Of a DNA stretch of 64,000 nt, positions 1 through 7,717 are shown one piece after another. Both the position numbers and the translations under genes were made by a program. The notes under the pieces are model-generated. The model did not search any database. It was not told the DNA's origin and worked only from the letters and a program-made list of their open reading frames with translations. The DNA is taken from assembly GCA_964654665.1 (NCBI GenBank), contig CAZZKV010000002.1, positions 75,119 to 139,118 of the forward strand, given 5' to 3'. Numbering within the stretch: the first letter of the stretch is position 1; every line of letters starts with the position of its first letter. Source of the DNA: an uncultured Caulobacterales bacterium. GTDB lineage: Bacteria > Pseudomonadota > Alphaproteobacteria > Caulobacterales > Maricaulaceae.

Positions 1-254
1 TCAAATCCGCCGTAATATCCAACACAATCTTTACCGTTTGGGTTGGCAATACCGCCATCAATCGTCAGGCCATCTGCGGATTGATTCACTGTAACATCTG
101 AATCATTTTGAATGGCTTTAACGCTAGCAAGACCTGCATTATTGTCCAATTTTATAACACCTACGAAATTTTCTATGGTCACAATCGGCCCTTCCGCAAA
201 GGCAGGCGTTGCGCTGGCGATGATCAATGTTGTTGTCAATAAAAGATGTTTCAT
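1..254 (-). CDS. exported hypothetical protein, N-terminal 84 codons only (the gene runs off the left edge)
   Basis: ATG at 254-252 sits 4 nt downstream of a GGAGGG SD (ccctcc on + at 259-264). Translation is MKHLLLTTTLIIASATPAFA/EGPIVTIENFVGVIKLDNNAGL..., a Sec signal peptide followed by beta-rich G/V/I/N/D sequence. The frame stays open to position 1. It is absent from the ORF track because there is no stop in the window. Confidence 0.6.
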   Translation of the reverse strand, partial: MKHLLLTTTLIIASATPAFAEGPIVTIENFVGVIKLDNNAGLASVKAIQNDSDVTVNQSADGLTIDGGIANPNGKDCVGYYGGF

Positions 255-263
255 AATGCCCTC

Positions 264-488
264 CTAAAACCGGATACGTATGGTACGGCCAGACCGGGTT
301 TCAATGCGCAGAGCCAAAGCGCTATCATTTGTCAGTGAGGTAATAAATCCATCACCTGCGGCTTTGATAATTACAGGGCCGGTTGTCAATTCGACAGTTT
401 GAGGGACAATGGCATCAGCTACAGGGGTAGTTGCGCCTGTTCCAATAGCCCCAATAGTGGCTGCGATAATAATAACTGTTTTGATCAT
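264..488 (-). CDS. small exported/membrane protein (74 aa), downstream of pspC
   Basis: ORF track. A GGAGAGAGA SD lies just upstream of ATG 488. The N-terminus is hydrophobic (MIKTVIIIAATIGAIGTGA). Its stop is 10 nt before the next start. No family recognised. Confidence 0.5.
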   Translation of the reverse strand: MIKTVIIIAATIGAIGTGATTPVADAIVPQTVELTTGPVIIKAAGDGFITSLTNDSALALRIETRSGRTIRIRF

Positions 489-568
489 TGTCTCTCTCCA
501 GTCATGATCTGTTTATATAGATGGCGGCGCGATTTATTTAGGCGCGTCCGCCCAGGTGATTATTTCGC

Positions 569-1033
569 CTATCCTTCAAGGTCCCGGAAATCGCGGCGCA
601 ACTTCCATTCCTTACTTGTGATAGACCGTTCCAAGTCTTGCATCCGTGTTTCAAGGGATCTAAATTTGGATTTCACATCCCGAAAACTAGCCGTACGGAT
701 GGGCTCTTCCGGACGCTCCTTACGCGCCTTACGCGCCTCGCGATATTCCCGTCTGTAAGGAGCCCGCGTATCTTTGGGAATAAATACCCAGAGCACGAAA
801 TAGGCAATCAGAGGAAAACCAAGGAAGAAAACCGAGATCACGAAGATAATCCGCATGATTGTATGATCTATTCCAAAATAGTCACCAAAACCGGCACAGA
901 CGCCGCCAAACACACCATCAATTTTATTGCGGCGTAATTTGTTAGGTCCAGCATAGACATATCCATCATCATTGCCTTCCCAATTTTCATCCCACAAGGA
1001 CCGGTGAATTTTATTTCTATATCGTTTTGTCAC
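569..1033 (-). CDS. pspC: envelope stress response membrane protein PspC
   Basis: PspC-domain signature KIDGVFGGVCAGFGDYFGIDHTIMRIIFVISVFF..LWVFIP, followed by a charged C-terminal helix. I prefer the GTG at 1033, which is preceded by GGAGAGAGA. The ORF-track ATG at 1063 is the alternative. Confidence 0.85.
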   Translation of the reverse strand: MTKRYRNKIHRSLWDENWEGNDDGYVYAGPNKLRRNKIDGVFGGVCAGFGDYFGIDHTIMRIIFVISVFFLGFPLIAYFVLWVFIPKDTRAPYRREYREARKARKERPEEPIRTASFRDVKSKFRSLETRMQDLERSITSKEWKLRRDFRDLEG

Positions 1034-1265
1034 TTTTCTCTCTCCAGCTTGGTACTTCGTCATCCAAAATGCGCTCTAAAACATTCACACGTTGATCTAA
1101 AATATCTGCGATTTTTGACATTTGTTCGAGTTCCGCAATTTGATCACCGCTCATATGGTTCATCATTTTTTCTTTATGCTTATAATGCATTTTCAACATG
1201 CCTGATCCGATGCCCATGACGATGGCAATAATCGGTATCATTAAGGCGAGGTGTTCTGGTCCCAT
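1017..1265 (-). CDS. pspB: phage shock protein B
   Basis: 82 aa with a single N-terminal TM. The C-terminal part (LEQMSKIADILDQRVNVLERILDDEVPSWRE) closely resembles E. coli PspB (RIQALESILDAEHPNWRE). The SD is the (AG)n run at 1272-1286. Confidence 0.85.
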   Translation of the reverse strand: MGPEHLALMIPIIAIVMGIGSGMLKMHYKHKEKMMNHMSGDQIAELEQMSKIADILDQRVNVLERILDDEVPSWREKSDKTI

Positions 1266-1377
1266 TATAGTTCTCTCTCTCTCTCTTTAATGGCTGAATT
1301 TAAACGTTCGGCTTGGGGAGCGCCCGGTTTGAAGGGGGAAGAACATGGCATCTTACCCCAAGCCTATCTCTTATGAC

Positions 1378-2061
1378 CTATTTATTGGCCGCTTTTTTAG
1401 CTGACTTCGCAATACTGGCTTTAAGCGCAGCAAGCTCGTCTTCAATTGCTTCATCTGCTTCTAGGGCAGCAAATTGACTTTCCAGACTTTCGCCCGATCC
1501 CAAATCAAAAGCTTCGACATGGGCTTCCAATTCGTCAACTTTACGCTCCATCCGTTCATAACGCGCCAAGGCATCATCAACCTTATTATTATTCATGGCT
1601 GTGCGCATTTTAATCTGACCATGAGCCACAGTCGTGCGCATCATCAACGCCTTATGTTTGGCTTTAGCTTCGTCCAACTTGGTTTGCAGCTTGGACAAAT
1701 CCGCATCCGCCTTAGCAACTGCCTCATCCAAAATATCCATCTCTTTGAGGACAACTTCACTCATTTGCTCGGCTTGCTGCTTAGCAGCAAGGGCACCCCG
1801 AGCAAGATCTTCGCGTTCTTTTGTCAGAGCTAGTTCAGCTTTAGCGCCCCATTCTTTCGCCCGAGCCGTATAAGCATCGGCCTTACGGGCCAGTTCTTTA
1901 CGTTCGGCAATATTACGGGCGGCGTCCGTACGGACCTCAACCAGCGTATCTTCCATTTCCTGAATAATCAGGCGAGCGATTTTTTCCGGGTTCTCCGCCT
2001 TATCAATCATGGCATTGAGGTTGGAATTAATAATGTCGCCCATACGTGAAAAGATTCCCAT
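1378..2061 (-). CDS. pspA: phage shock protein A (PspA/IM30 family)
   Basis: N-terminus MGIFSRMGDIINSNLNAMIDKAENPEKIARLIIQEMEDTL is classic PspA. The rest is all coiled coil, 227 aa. SD is GGAGACGAAG. Confidence 0.93.
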   Translation of the reverse strand: MGIFSRMGDIINSNLNAMIDKAENPEKIARLIIQEMEDTLVEVRTDAARNIAERKELARKADAYTARAKEWGAKAELALTKEREDLARGALAAKQQAEQMSEVVLKEMDILDEAVAKADADLSKLQTKLDEAKAKHKALMMRTTVAHGQIKMRTAMNNNKVDDALARYERMERKVDELEAHVEAFDLGSGESLESQFAALEADEAIEDELAALKASIAKSAKKAANK

Positions 2062-2081
2062 CTTCGTCTCCTATTGGTCGT

Positions 2082-2225
2082 TTAAAAAATTGTGGCAATT
2101 AGGAAGCCTGCGGCGAAAAAACCCCAGCATTCCATCTTGCGGGTTGAAAGATAGCGCAGGAAGCGGGCGCCTTTAATGCGCCAGCTCTCTGTACGGTGAT
2201 CAAATTCGTCATCATAACGTGACAT
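2082..2225 (-). CDS. unannotated small ORF (47 aa) with a hydrophobic C-terminal tail, immediately upstream of pspA
   Basis: My own translation is MSRYDDEFDHRTESWRIKGARFLRYLSTRKMECWGFFAAGFLIATIF*. ATG 2225 is preceded by an AGGAGA SD with 6-7 nt spacing. The stop is 20 nt before the pspA ATG. It is below the ORF-track size cut-off. Confidence 0.4.
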   Translation of the reverse strand: MSRYDDEFDHRTESWRIKGARFLRYLSTRKMECWGFFAAGFLIATIF

Positions 2226-2234
2226 CAAAATCTC

Positions 2235-2402
2235 CTAAATTCCGAAGCCTGAGATACGGCCACCAGATGAACGGTGGTTCATCACCGCTGCACGGCGGCG
2301 CAGACGAACGCTGCGGGCTGGACTGTCAGAGCCGGCAATAGCGCCATCTGTTGCGCCGTTAACGACCCCTGCATCTATATCAAATGTTCTAAAGGTCATC
2401 AT
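2235..2402 (-). CDS. small ORF (54-55 aa), Gly/Ala/Arg-rich, first gene of the pspA-side transcription unit
   Basis: This is the internal start of the 73-aa track ORF. AAGGAGAGAG is followed by ATGATG at 2402/2399. Sequence is MMTFRTFDIDAGVVNGATDGAIAGSDSPARSVRLRRRAAVMNHRSSGGRISGFGI. The composition is low-complexity, so coding status is uncertain. Confidence 0.3.
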   Translation of the reverse strand: MMTFRTFDIDAGVVNGATDGAIAGSDSPARSVRLRRRAAVMNHRSSGGRISGFGI

Positions 2403-2582
2403 CTCTCTCCTTATGTGGTCCTTTAACTGTGCTAATCCCGATGACCAGCAACACATTCAAACTGCCGAAAATGCAGGCCTATGTCGACAAATTTTAAGTT
2501 ATTGTTTTTATTGAATTTTTTAATTTTCTTCAAAAAGTATCAATTTTAAATTAGTATTTTTTACTATTTTATGTAATATATG

Positions 2583-2596
2583 CCAATAAATATTGG
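2583..2596. promoter_or_regulatory. 6-2-6 palindrome CCAATA-AA-TATTGG, 19 nt upstream of the pspF ATG
   Basis: Read directly in the AT-rich pspF/pspA divergent intergenic region. It is a possible autoregulatory or UAS site, with no other support. Confidence 0.2.
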
Positions 2597-2614
2597 TTTT
2601 TTATACTAAATATA

Positions 2615-3655
2615 ATGCAAGCGACTCAACAACTTATTGGCCAATCCCCGGCTTTTCACGCATTGATGGATGCTGTTTCTGATGCGGCAGCGCTGGAAAA
2701 GCCTATTTTAATCACAGGAGAGCGCGGTACCGGTAAAGAACTCATAGCGTCGCGGATGCATTTCTTATCCCCGCGTTGGGAGCAAGCCTATGTCCATGTT
2801 AATTGCGCCGCCTATTCCGATGCCTTATTAGATGCCGCCCTTTTCGGCCAGACTTTTACAGGAGGCAAGCCTGACATTGACGGTCAATTCATCCGCGCCG
2901 ATGGCGGAACCTTGTTTTTAGACAATATAGAAACCGTTTCGCTGCGTCTTCAGGAAAAATTACTCCAAGCTTTTGAATATGGCATTATTGACCCCTTGGG
3001 CACTCCCGACACACAAGATATTAATGTTCGTATTATAGCCGCCACATCCGCTGATCTGCCCAAAGCCGTATCCACTGGACGGTTTCGCGCGGATCTATTG
3101 GATCATATTACATTTGACGTTCTGCCTTTACCACCGCTACGGGCCCGCCTTGCCGATATTATGCCTCTCGCGGAATATTTTGGACGGCGCACAGCTCTAG
3201 ACCTTGGCGCAGAAAGCTTCCCCGGCTTCACACCCGAAGCATTGATCGCGTTAGAAACCCATAATTGGACTGGAAATATACGCGAGCTTAAAACCGTTGT
3301 AGCTCGAAGCACCGGTAAGGCCTTTTTACGTAACGAAGCTTTAAACTTACCAATTGCCCAATTAGTGATAGATCCTTTTGCCAGCCCATATCGATTGAGC
3401 GACAACCAACCACTTTCGGAAAAACCTTCTGAACACAATGCCCATACACTGGAAATGCAGGATACACACACACCTCCGGCGGCTCCGCCTTCTCCATCAA
3501 AAGGGTTTTCAGACCGTGTTTACGCCTTTGAACGCAGTCTTATTGATGAAGCCCTACGGGCCGGAGACAATCACCAAGGCAAAGCGGCAAAACATCTGGA
3601 TTTATCCTATCATCAATTTCGGGGATTATTGCGTAAACATGGATTAAAAAAATAA
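2615..3655 (+). CDS. pspF: psp operon transcriptional activator PspF (AAA+ bacterial enhancer-binding protein without a receiver domain)
   Basis: Walker A GERGTGKE, Walker B GGTLFLDNIE, and a C-terminal Fis-type HTH (GKAAKHLDLSYHQFRGLLRKHGL). It is divergent from pspABC. The L1-loop motif is non-canonical (see findings). Confidence 0.88.
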   Translation: MQATQQLIGQSPAFHALMDAVSDAAALEKPILITGERGTGKELIASRMHFLSPRWEQAYVHVNCAAYSDALLDAALFGQTFTGGKPDIDGQFIRADGGTLFLDNIETVSLRLQEKLLQAFEYGIIDPLGTPDTQDINVRIIAATSADLPKAVSTGRFRADLLDHITFDVLPLPPLRARLADIMPLAEYFGRRTALDLGAESFPGFTPEALIALETHNWTGNIRELKTVVARSTGKAFLRNEALNLPIAQLVIDPFASPYRLSDNQPLSEKPSEHNAHTLEMQDTHTPPAAPPSPSKGFSDRVYAFERSLIDEALRAGDNHQGKAAKHLDLSYHQFRGLLRKHGLKK

Positions 3656-3784
3656 ACCCGGATACGCGTATGTGCCCGCTTCCCAATCACTGGATAGAAT
3701 GAAAAAGTCTAATTCATATTGTAATTGGCTTGCTTAATATCCAGAATACAAGATAATTCGGGAAAATTACATATTGGACGCCCT

Positions 3785-4921
3785 ATGTCTCTTCATAGCT
3801 TTAAAACCGTTGCTGATATACGTATAGAACCGGGCGGCGCTGCAAAGCTCGATTATTATGTAGACGGCCTATGCCCCAATAAACGCATTGCTATTGTCAC
3901 CGACAAAGGCGTTCGCGGGCTCGGTCTTTTAGATGCAGGTGTGGCGGCTCTGAAATCGGCCGGTTACGCTGTCTTTATTTTTGATAAAGTTGTCGCCGAT
4001 CCGCCCGAAGATATTGTCCTGAAAGGCGCGACCGCTATTCGCAAGTTCAATGCGGGCCTCATCATTGGGTTTGGCGGCGGAAGCCCTATGGATACGGCCA
4101 AAGTTATCGCCCACCTATGCTGTAGCGACCAGTTAATACAAAGCCTGTACGGTGTCGGCAATGCCAAAGGTCCGACCCTGCCCTTACTACTCATTCCCAC
4201 GACGTCAGGTACAGGGTCCGAAGTGACCAATGTTGCCGTCATAACAACGGGCGCAACGGCAAAACAAGGGATAGTCGCCGATAGCCTTTATGCAGACCGT
4301 GTTCTGCTAGATGCCGAACTAACCTTCGGACTACCAGCTTCTATCACGGCTGCAACGGGTATTGATGCCATGGTTCATGCAATTGAATCCTATACATCCA
4401 TCCGGCAAAAAAACCCACTCTCGGATACATTGGCGCTCGCAGCTCTGCAAAAATTGCGCAACTCAATTGTGGCGGCTTGCGAGGATGGCACCAATATTGA
4501 CGCCCGTAATAATATGTTAATCGGAGCCATGCTAGCCGGACAGGCTTTCTCTAATGCCCCTGTCGCGGCAGTTCACGGATTGGCCTATCCGTTGGGTGGA
4601 TTTTTCCATATCCCGCATGGGCTGTCTAACGCACTCGTCTTAACAGAAGTCATGAAATACAACCTCCCTAAGGCAGATCATTGGTATAGCGAAATTGCCA
4701 ATGCTTTGGGCATTGGCCAAACAGGGGCCAGCCTCATAGATGATATGTTGCGCATTAAAGATGCCACTAAAGTTCCCCAAACACTATCCGCAGTTAATAT
4801 TCCGGCTGATGCAATCCCCATGATGGCCGATGATGCGATAACAAAAACCCGGGTATTACAAAACAACCCCCGCGAAGTGACTTATGAAGCTATTATCGAT
4901 ATTTATAAGGCCATAGTGTGA
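3785..4921 (+). CDS. iron-containing (group III) alcohol dehydrogenase
   Basis: GFGGGSPMDTAK motif and His-rich metal site (DAMVHAIESY, HGLAYPLGG, HGLSNA). The start is taken at MSLHSFK. The track ORF begins at an upstream TTG (3725). Confidence 0.85.
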   Translation: MSLHSFKTVADIRIEPGGAAKLDYYVDGLCPNKRIAIVTDKGVRGLGLLDAGVAALKSAGYAVFIFDKVVADPPEDIVLKGATAIRKFNAGLIIGFGGGSPMDTAKVIAHLCCSDQLIQSLYGVGNAKGPTLPLLLIPTTSGTGSEVTNVAVITTGATAKQGIVADSLYADRVLLDAELTFGLPASITAATGIDAMVHAIESYTSIRQKNPLSDTLALAALQKLRNSIVAACEDGTNIDARNNMLIGAMLAGQAFSNAPVAAVHGLAYPLGGFFHIPHGLSNALVLTEVMKYNLPKADHWYSEIANALGIGQTGASLIDDMLRIKDATKVPQTLSAVNIPADAIPMMADDAITKTRVLQNNPREVTYEAIIDIYKAIV

Positions 4922-5352
4922 GCCGCCCCATTGCCCCCTTACGAAACGCTTATCCACACTTCCTAAAAATTCCAACACGCTGGAATGATAATGACAGTTA
5001 CGGCCATGTGAATAATGCGGTTTATTATTATTTCATTGATACGGTGGTTAATTGCTTTCTTATCGATAATGGTTTGCTAGATTTGAAAACGAGCGAAACC
5101 ATTGGCCTTGCCGTTGATACGGCTTGTAAATTTTTTGACTCAGTCGAATATCCCGACATTGTTCATGCGGGTCTACGCGTTACAAAACTGGGCAACACCA
5201 GTGTAACATATGATATTGGCCTCTTTAAAAACGATGAGGCGCAAGCGGCAGCGCAAGGCCATTTCGTGCATGTCTATGTTGATGCAAAAACCCGGCGGCC
5301 CAAACCCATATCGGATAAAATGCGAGAAAAATTAAAGGAAATTTCAAAATGA
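4918..5352 (+). CDS. hotdog-fold acyl-CoA thioesterase (4HBT/YbgC-like)
   Basis: TRWNDNDSYGHVNNAVYYYFIDT is the typical 4HBT N-terminal motif. The GTG start overlaps the ADH stop (GTGA). Confidence 0.75.
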   Translation: MSRPIAPLRNAYPHFLKIPTRWNDNDSYGHVNNAVYYYFIDTVVNCFLIDNGLLDLKTSETIGLAVDTACKFFDSVEYPDIVHAGLRVTKLGNTSVTYDIGLFKNDEAQAAAQGHFVHVYVDAKTRRPKPISDKMREKLKEISK

Positions 5353-5915
5353 CCGATCAGACCGCCCAATTCACACGGATACAAGATGGTACATTAGAGG
5401 ACTGGATGGCCATTGGCGCAGCCCATAAACAAGACTTCCAAAAAACGGCTGATCGGTTTATCGGCATGCTCAAACAACTCGAAAATTCCACGCTTGGGTT
5501 TGCCTGTAATCAATTACAACACGCCTTGATGTGTGCCACCTTGGCCCGCCGCGACGGCGCTACAGATGAGCAAATTGTTATCGCATTGTGTCATGACATT
5601 GCTAAAGTCATTAATGTTCCCAATCACGGGCCTATCGCCGCGGAAATGATGCGACCCTATATTAGCGATGAGAGCTATTATGTCATTCGTAACCACCAAG
5701 CCTTTCAAGGTGAGCATTATTATCATTATATGGGCGCGCCAACAGATTTACGAAAACAATGGGAAAATGAGAGTTGGTACCCCCTTGCAGTCAAACTTGT
5801 TGACGAATGGGATGCCCCCGCCTTTAACCCTGATTTCGAGGCTGATAGCCTTGAGAGTTTTGAACCCTTGATGCGTAAAATTTTTCACGATAGCCCCATG
5901 GCGCTTGGCGGATGA
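5349..5915 (+). CDS. HD-domain metal-dependent protein (possibly the PhnZ/MIOX-like subgroup)
   Basis: H...HD...H...H pattern (NQLQHAL ... ALCHDIAKV ... NH ... RNHQAF). The ATGA start overlaps the upstream stop. Confidence 0.65.
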   Translation: MTDQTAQFTRIQDGTLEDWMAIGAAHKQDFQKTADRFIGMLKQLENSTLGFACNQLQHALMCATLARRDGATDEQIVIALCHDIAKVINVPNHGPIAAEMMRPYISDESYYVIRNHQAFQGEHYYHYMGAPTDLRKQWENESWYPLAVKLVDEWDAPAFNPDFEADSLESFEPLMRKIFHDSPMALGG

Positions 5916-6865
5916 AATTTATTGCCGCTGTTGCGGCGATACTCCTGTTATCGATTGGCTTATTTATCAATAACCTGCGCCCGGCACCCTCTGTAAAAGC
6001 CCGTCTAGCCATAGGCGAAAAAATTGTCGTCACGCCACAGGATTACACAAACAAAACAGGGGCTATCACAGTTGAATATTATGCACGCGGACACGGCCCG
6101 CGTATTGTTCTTGTCGCCAGTGCTGGACGAGAAGTGTCTGATTTTAATGAGCTTGTAACCACCTTAAATAAAAACGGATACCGCACCTTAGCTGTCGAAC
6201 ATCCAGGGATAGGTAAAACCACCGCTCTGAAACCGGATTTAAATACCTATGCCTTTCCAATATTTACCGCACTTCAAAATGATGGATATCTGAAAGACAA
6301 TCAGCCTTATTTTCTGATGGGCCATGCATTTGGCAATCGCGTTGTTCGCGTGACAGCATCATATCTAACAGGAAAAAACGCCCGCAAACCACTATTATCA
6401 GGCGTTATCCTACTTGCGGCTGGCGGATATAATGAAATCGACCCCAAAGCGACTGAGGCGTTGAAAAATGCCTTTAACCCCCTCAGGTCGTTCAAGAGCC
6501 GTATGCGGGATGTAACATATGCTTTTTTTGCCAATGATAATCCTGTCCCGCCGCACTGGCAACGCGGCTGGCATACCAAAACAGCTATCGCTCAGGGTAA
6601 GGCCAAAGCGGGTCTTGAAACATCAGGCAACACATCTTGGGAGGCTGCCGGCGGTGTTCCCATGCTGGTTGTGCAGGCCGCGCAAGACCGAATCGCGCCC
6701 AAAAACGAAACCGCAGATGTTTTGAAAGCCCGGTTTCCTGATCAAGTTGAAATCGCGGTGATTGACAATGCCGGACATGCCCTGCTGCCTGAACAACCCG
6801 AAGCCATTGCCGATGTGGTTATCGCTTTTCTGGCTAGGCATCGCCCGGCCAACCATAATAATTAA
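5912..6865 (+). CDS. membrane-anchored/exported alpha/beta-hydrolase-fold protein with Ala at the nucleophile position
   Basis: N-terminal hydrophobic anchor. The nucleophile elbow reads FLMGHAFGN. Downstream Asp (QDRIAP) and His (DNAGHALLPEQP) are retained. There is an ATGA overlap with the HD gene. Confidence 0.75.
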   Translation: MKFIAAVAAILLLSIGLFINNLRPAPSVKARLAIGEKIVVTPQDYTNKTGAITVEYYARGHGPRIVLVASAGREVSDFNELVTTLNKNGYRTLAVEHPGIGKTTALKPDLNTYAFPIFTALQNDGYLKDNQPYFLMGHAFGNRVVRVTASYLTGKNARKPLLSGVILLAAGGYNEIDPKATEALKNAFNPLRSFKSRMRDVTYAFFANDNPVPPHWQRGWHTKTAIAQGKAKAGLETSGNTSWEAAGGVPMLVVQAAQDRIAPKNETADVLKARFPDQVEIAVIDNAGHALLPEQPEAIADVVIAFLARHRPANHNN

Positions 6866-6886
6866 CGCAAAGAACAAGAGACTGAT

Positions 6887-7717
6887 ATGACAGATATTAT
6901 AAACAAAACCGCCTTTGTTACCGGGGCAGCCTCTGGTATTGGATTGGCGCTTTGTAAAGCGCTCCTCGGCAAAGGGGCTAAAGTCATGATGGCCGATATT
7001 AATAGCGAAGCTTTAGAAACGGCCCGTGAAAGCTTGGGCACACCCGATCAGACGGCAACGATTATATGTGATGTCGCCAAAGTCGAATCTGTGCAAGCGG
7101 CAGCAAAAGCAGCCAGCGACCATTTTGGCAACATACACCTTGTTTTTAATAATGCAGGTGTATCCCTCGCAGGTCGCCCCGGCACCATTGCTCTGGAAGA
7201 TTGGCGCTGGATAACCGACATCAATCTACTCGGCATTGTCTATGGCTGCGAAACGTTTGTCCCTCTTATTGCCGCTCACGGCGAGGGGGGCCATATTATC
7301 AACACCGCCTCTATGGCTGGACATATCGCCCACATCGGCATGGCCCCTTATTTTGCAACAAAATTTGCAGCAGTGGGATATTCCGAAGCCTTGTTCCATG
7401 AATTGGCGCCGCTCGGTATTGGCGTGTCATGCCTGTGCCCAACATGGGTGAAATCCAATATTCATAACACCTCGGACAAAAGCCCTGCGGCGGCTAAAAC
7501 CCGCGCGCAATTCAAACAGTCCAAAGCCTATCTTACTGTGAAATCCCTTGTCGAAAACGGGATGAGTGCCGATATTTACGCGCAATTGGCTATAAAGGCC
7601 ATCGAAGACAATCGGCTTTATGTCTTTAATGACCCCGAAGCGCGCCAATCACTGATTGAACGCCATAAAAATCTTTTAGCCGATTACGATGCCTGCCTGT
7701 CAGACTTGGATATTTAA
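6887..7717 (+). CDS. short-chain dehydrogenase/reductase (classical SDR)
   Basis: TGAASGIGLA cofactor motif, NNAG, and catalytic YFATK (YxxxK). Confidence 0.88.
   Translation: MTDIINKTAFVTGAASGIGLALCKALLGKGAKVMMADINSEALETARESLGTPDQTATIICDVAKVESVQAAAKAASDHFGNIHLVFNNAGVSLAGRPGTIALEDWRWITDINLLGIVYGCETFVPLIAAHGEGGHIINTASMAGHIAHIGMAPYFATKFAAVGYSEALFHELAPLGIGVSCLCPTWVKSNIHNTSDKSPAAAKTRAQFKQSKAYLTVKSLVENGMSADIYAQLAIKAIEDNRLYVFNDPEARQSLIERHKNLLADYDACLSDLDI

Noticed and set aside
2109-2126. Possible sigma54 promoter for pspA (- strand TGGGGTTTTTTCGCCGCA, with GG-N10-GC spacing)
   Set aside because: It lacks the conserved C/A of TGGCAC and the TT of TTGC, and it lies inside the 47-aa ORF. That is too weak to annotate. 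It is mentioned only as the best of several poor matches.
7714-7717. Convergent stop-codon overlap (TTAA) of the SDR and the acyl-CoA synthetase
   Set aside because: This is real but trivial. It is noted only within the operon finding.
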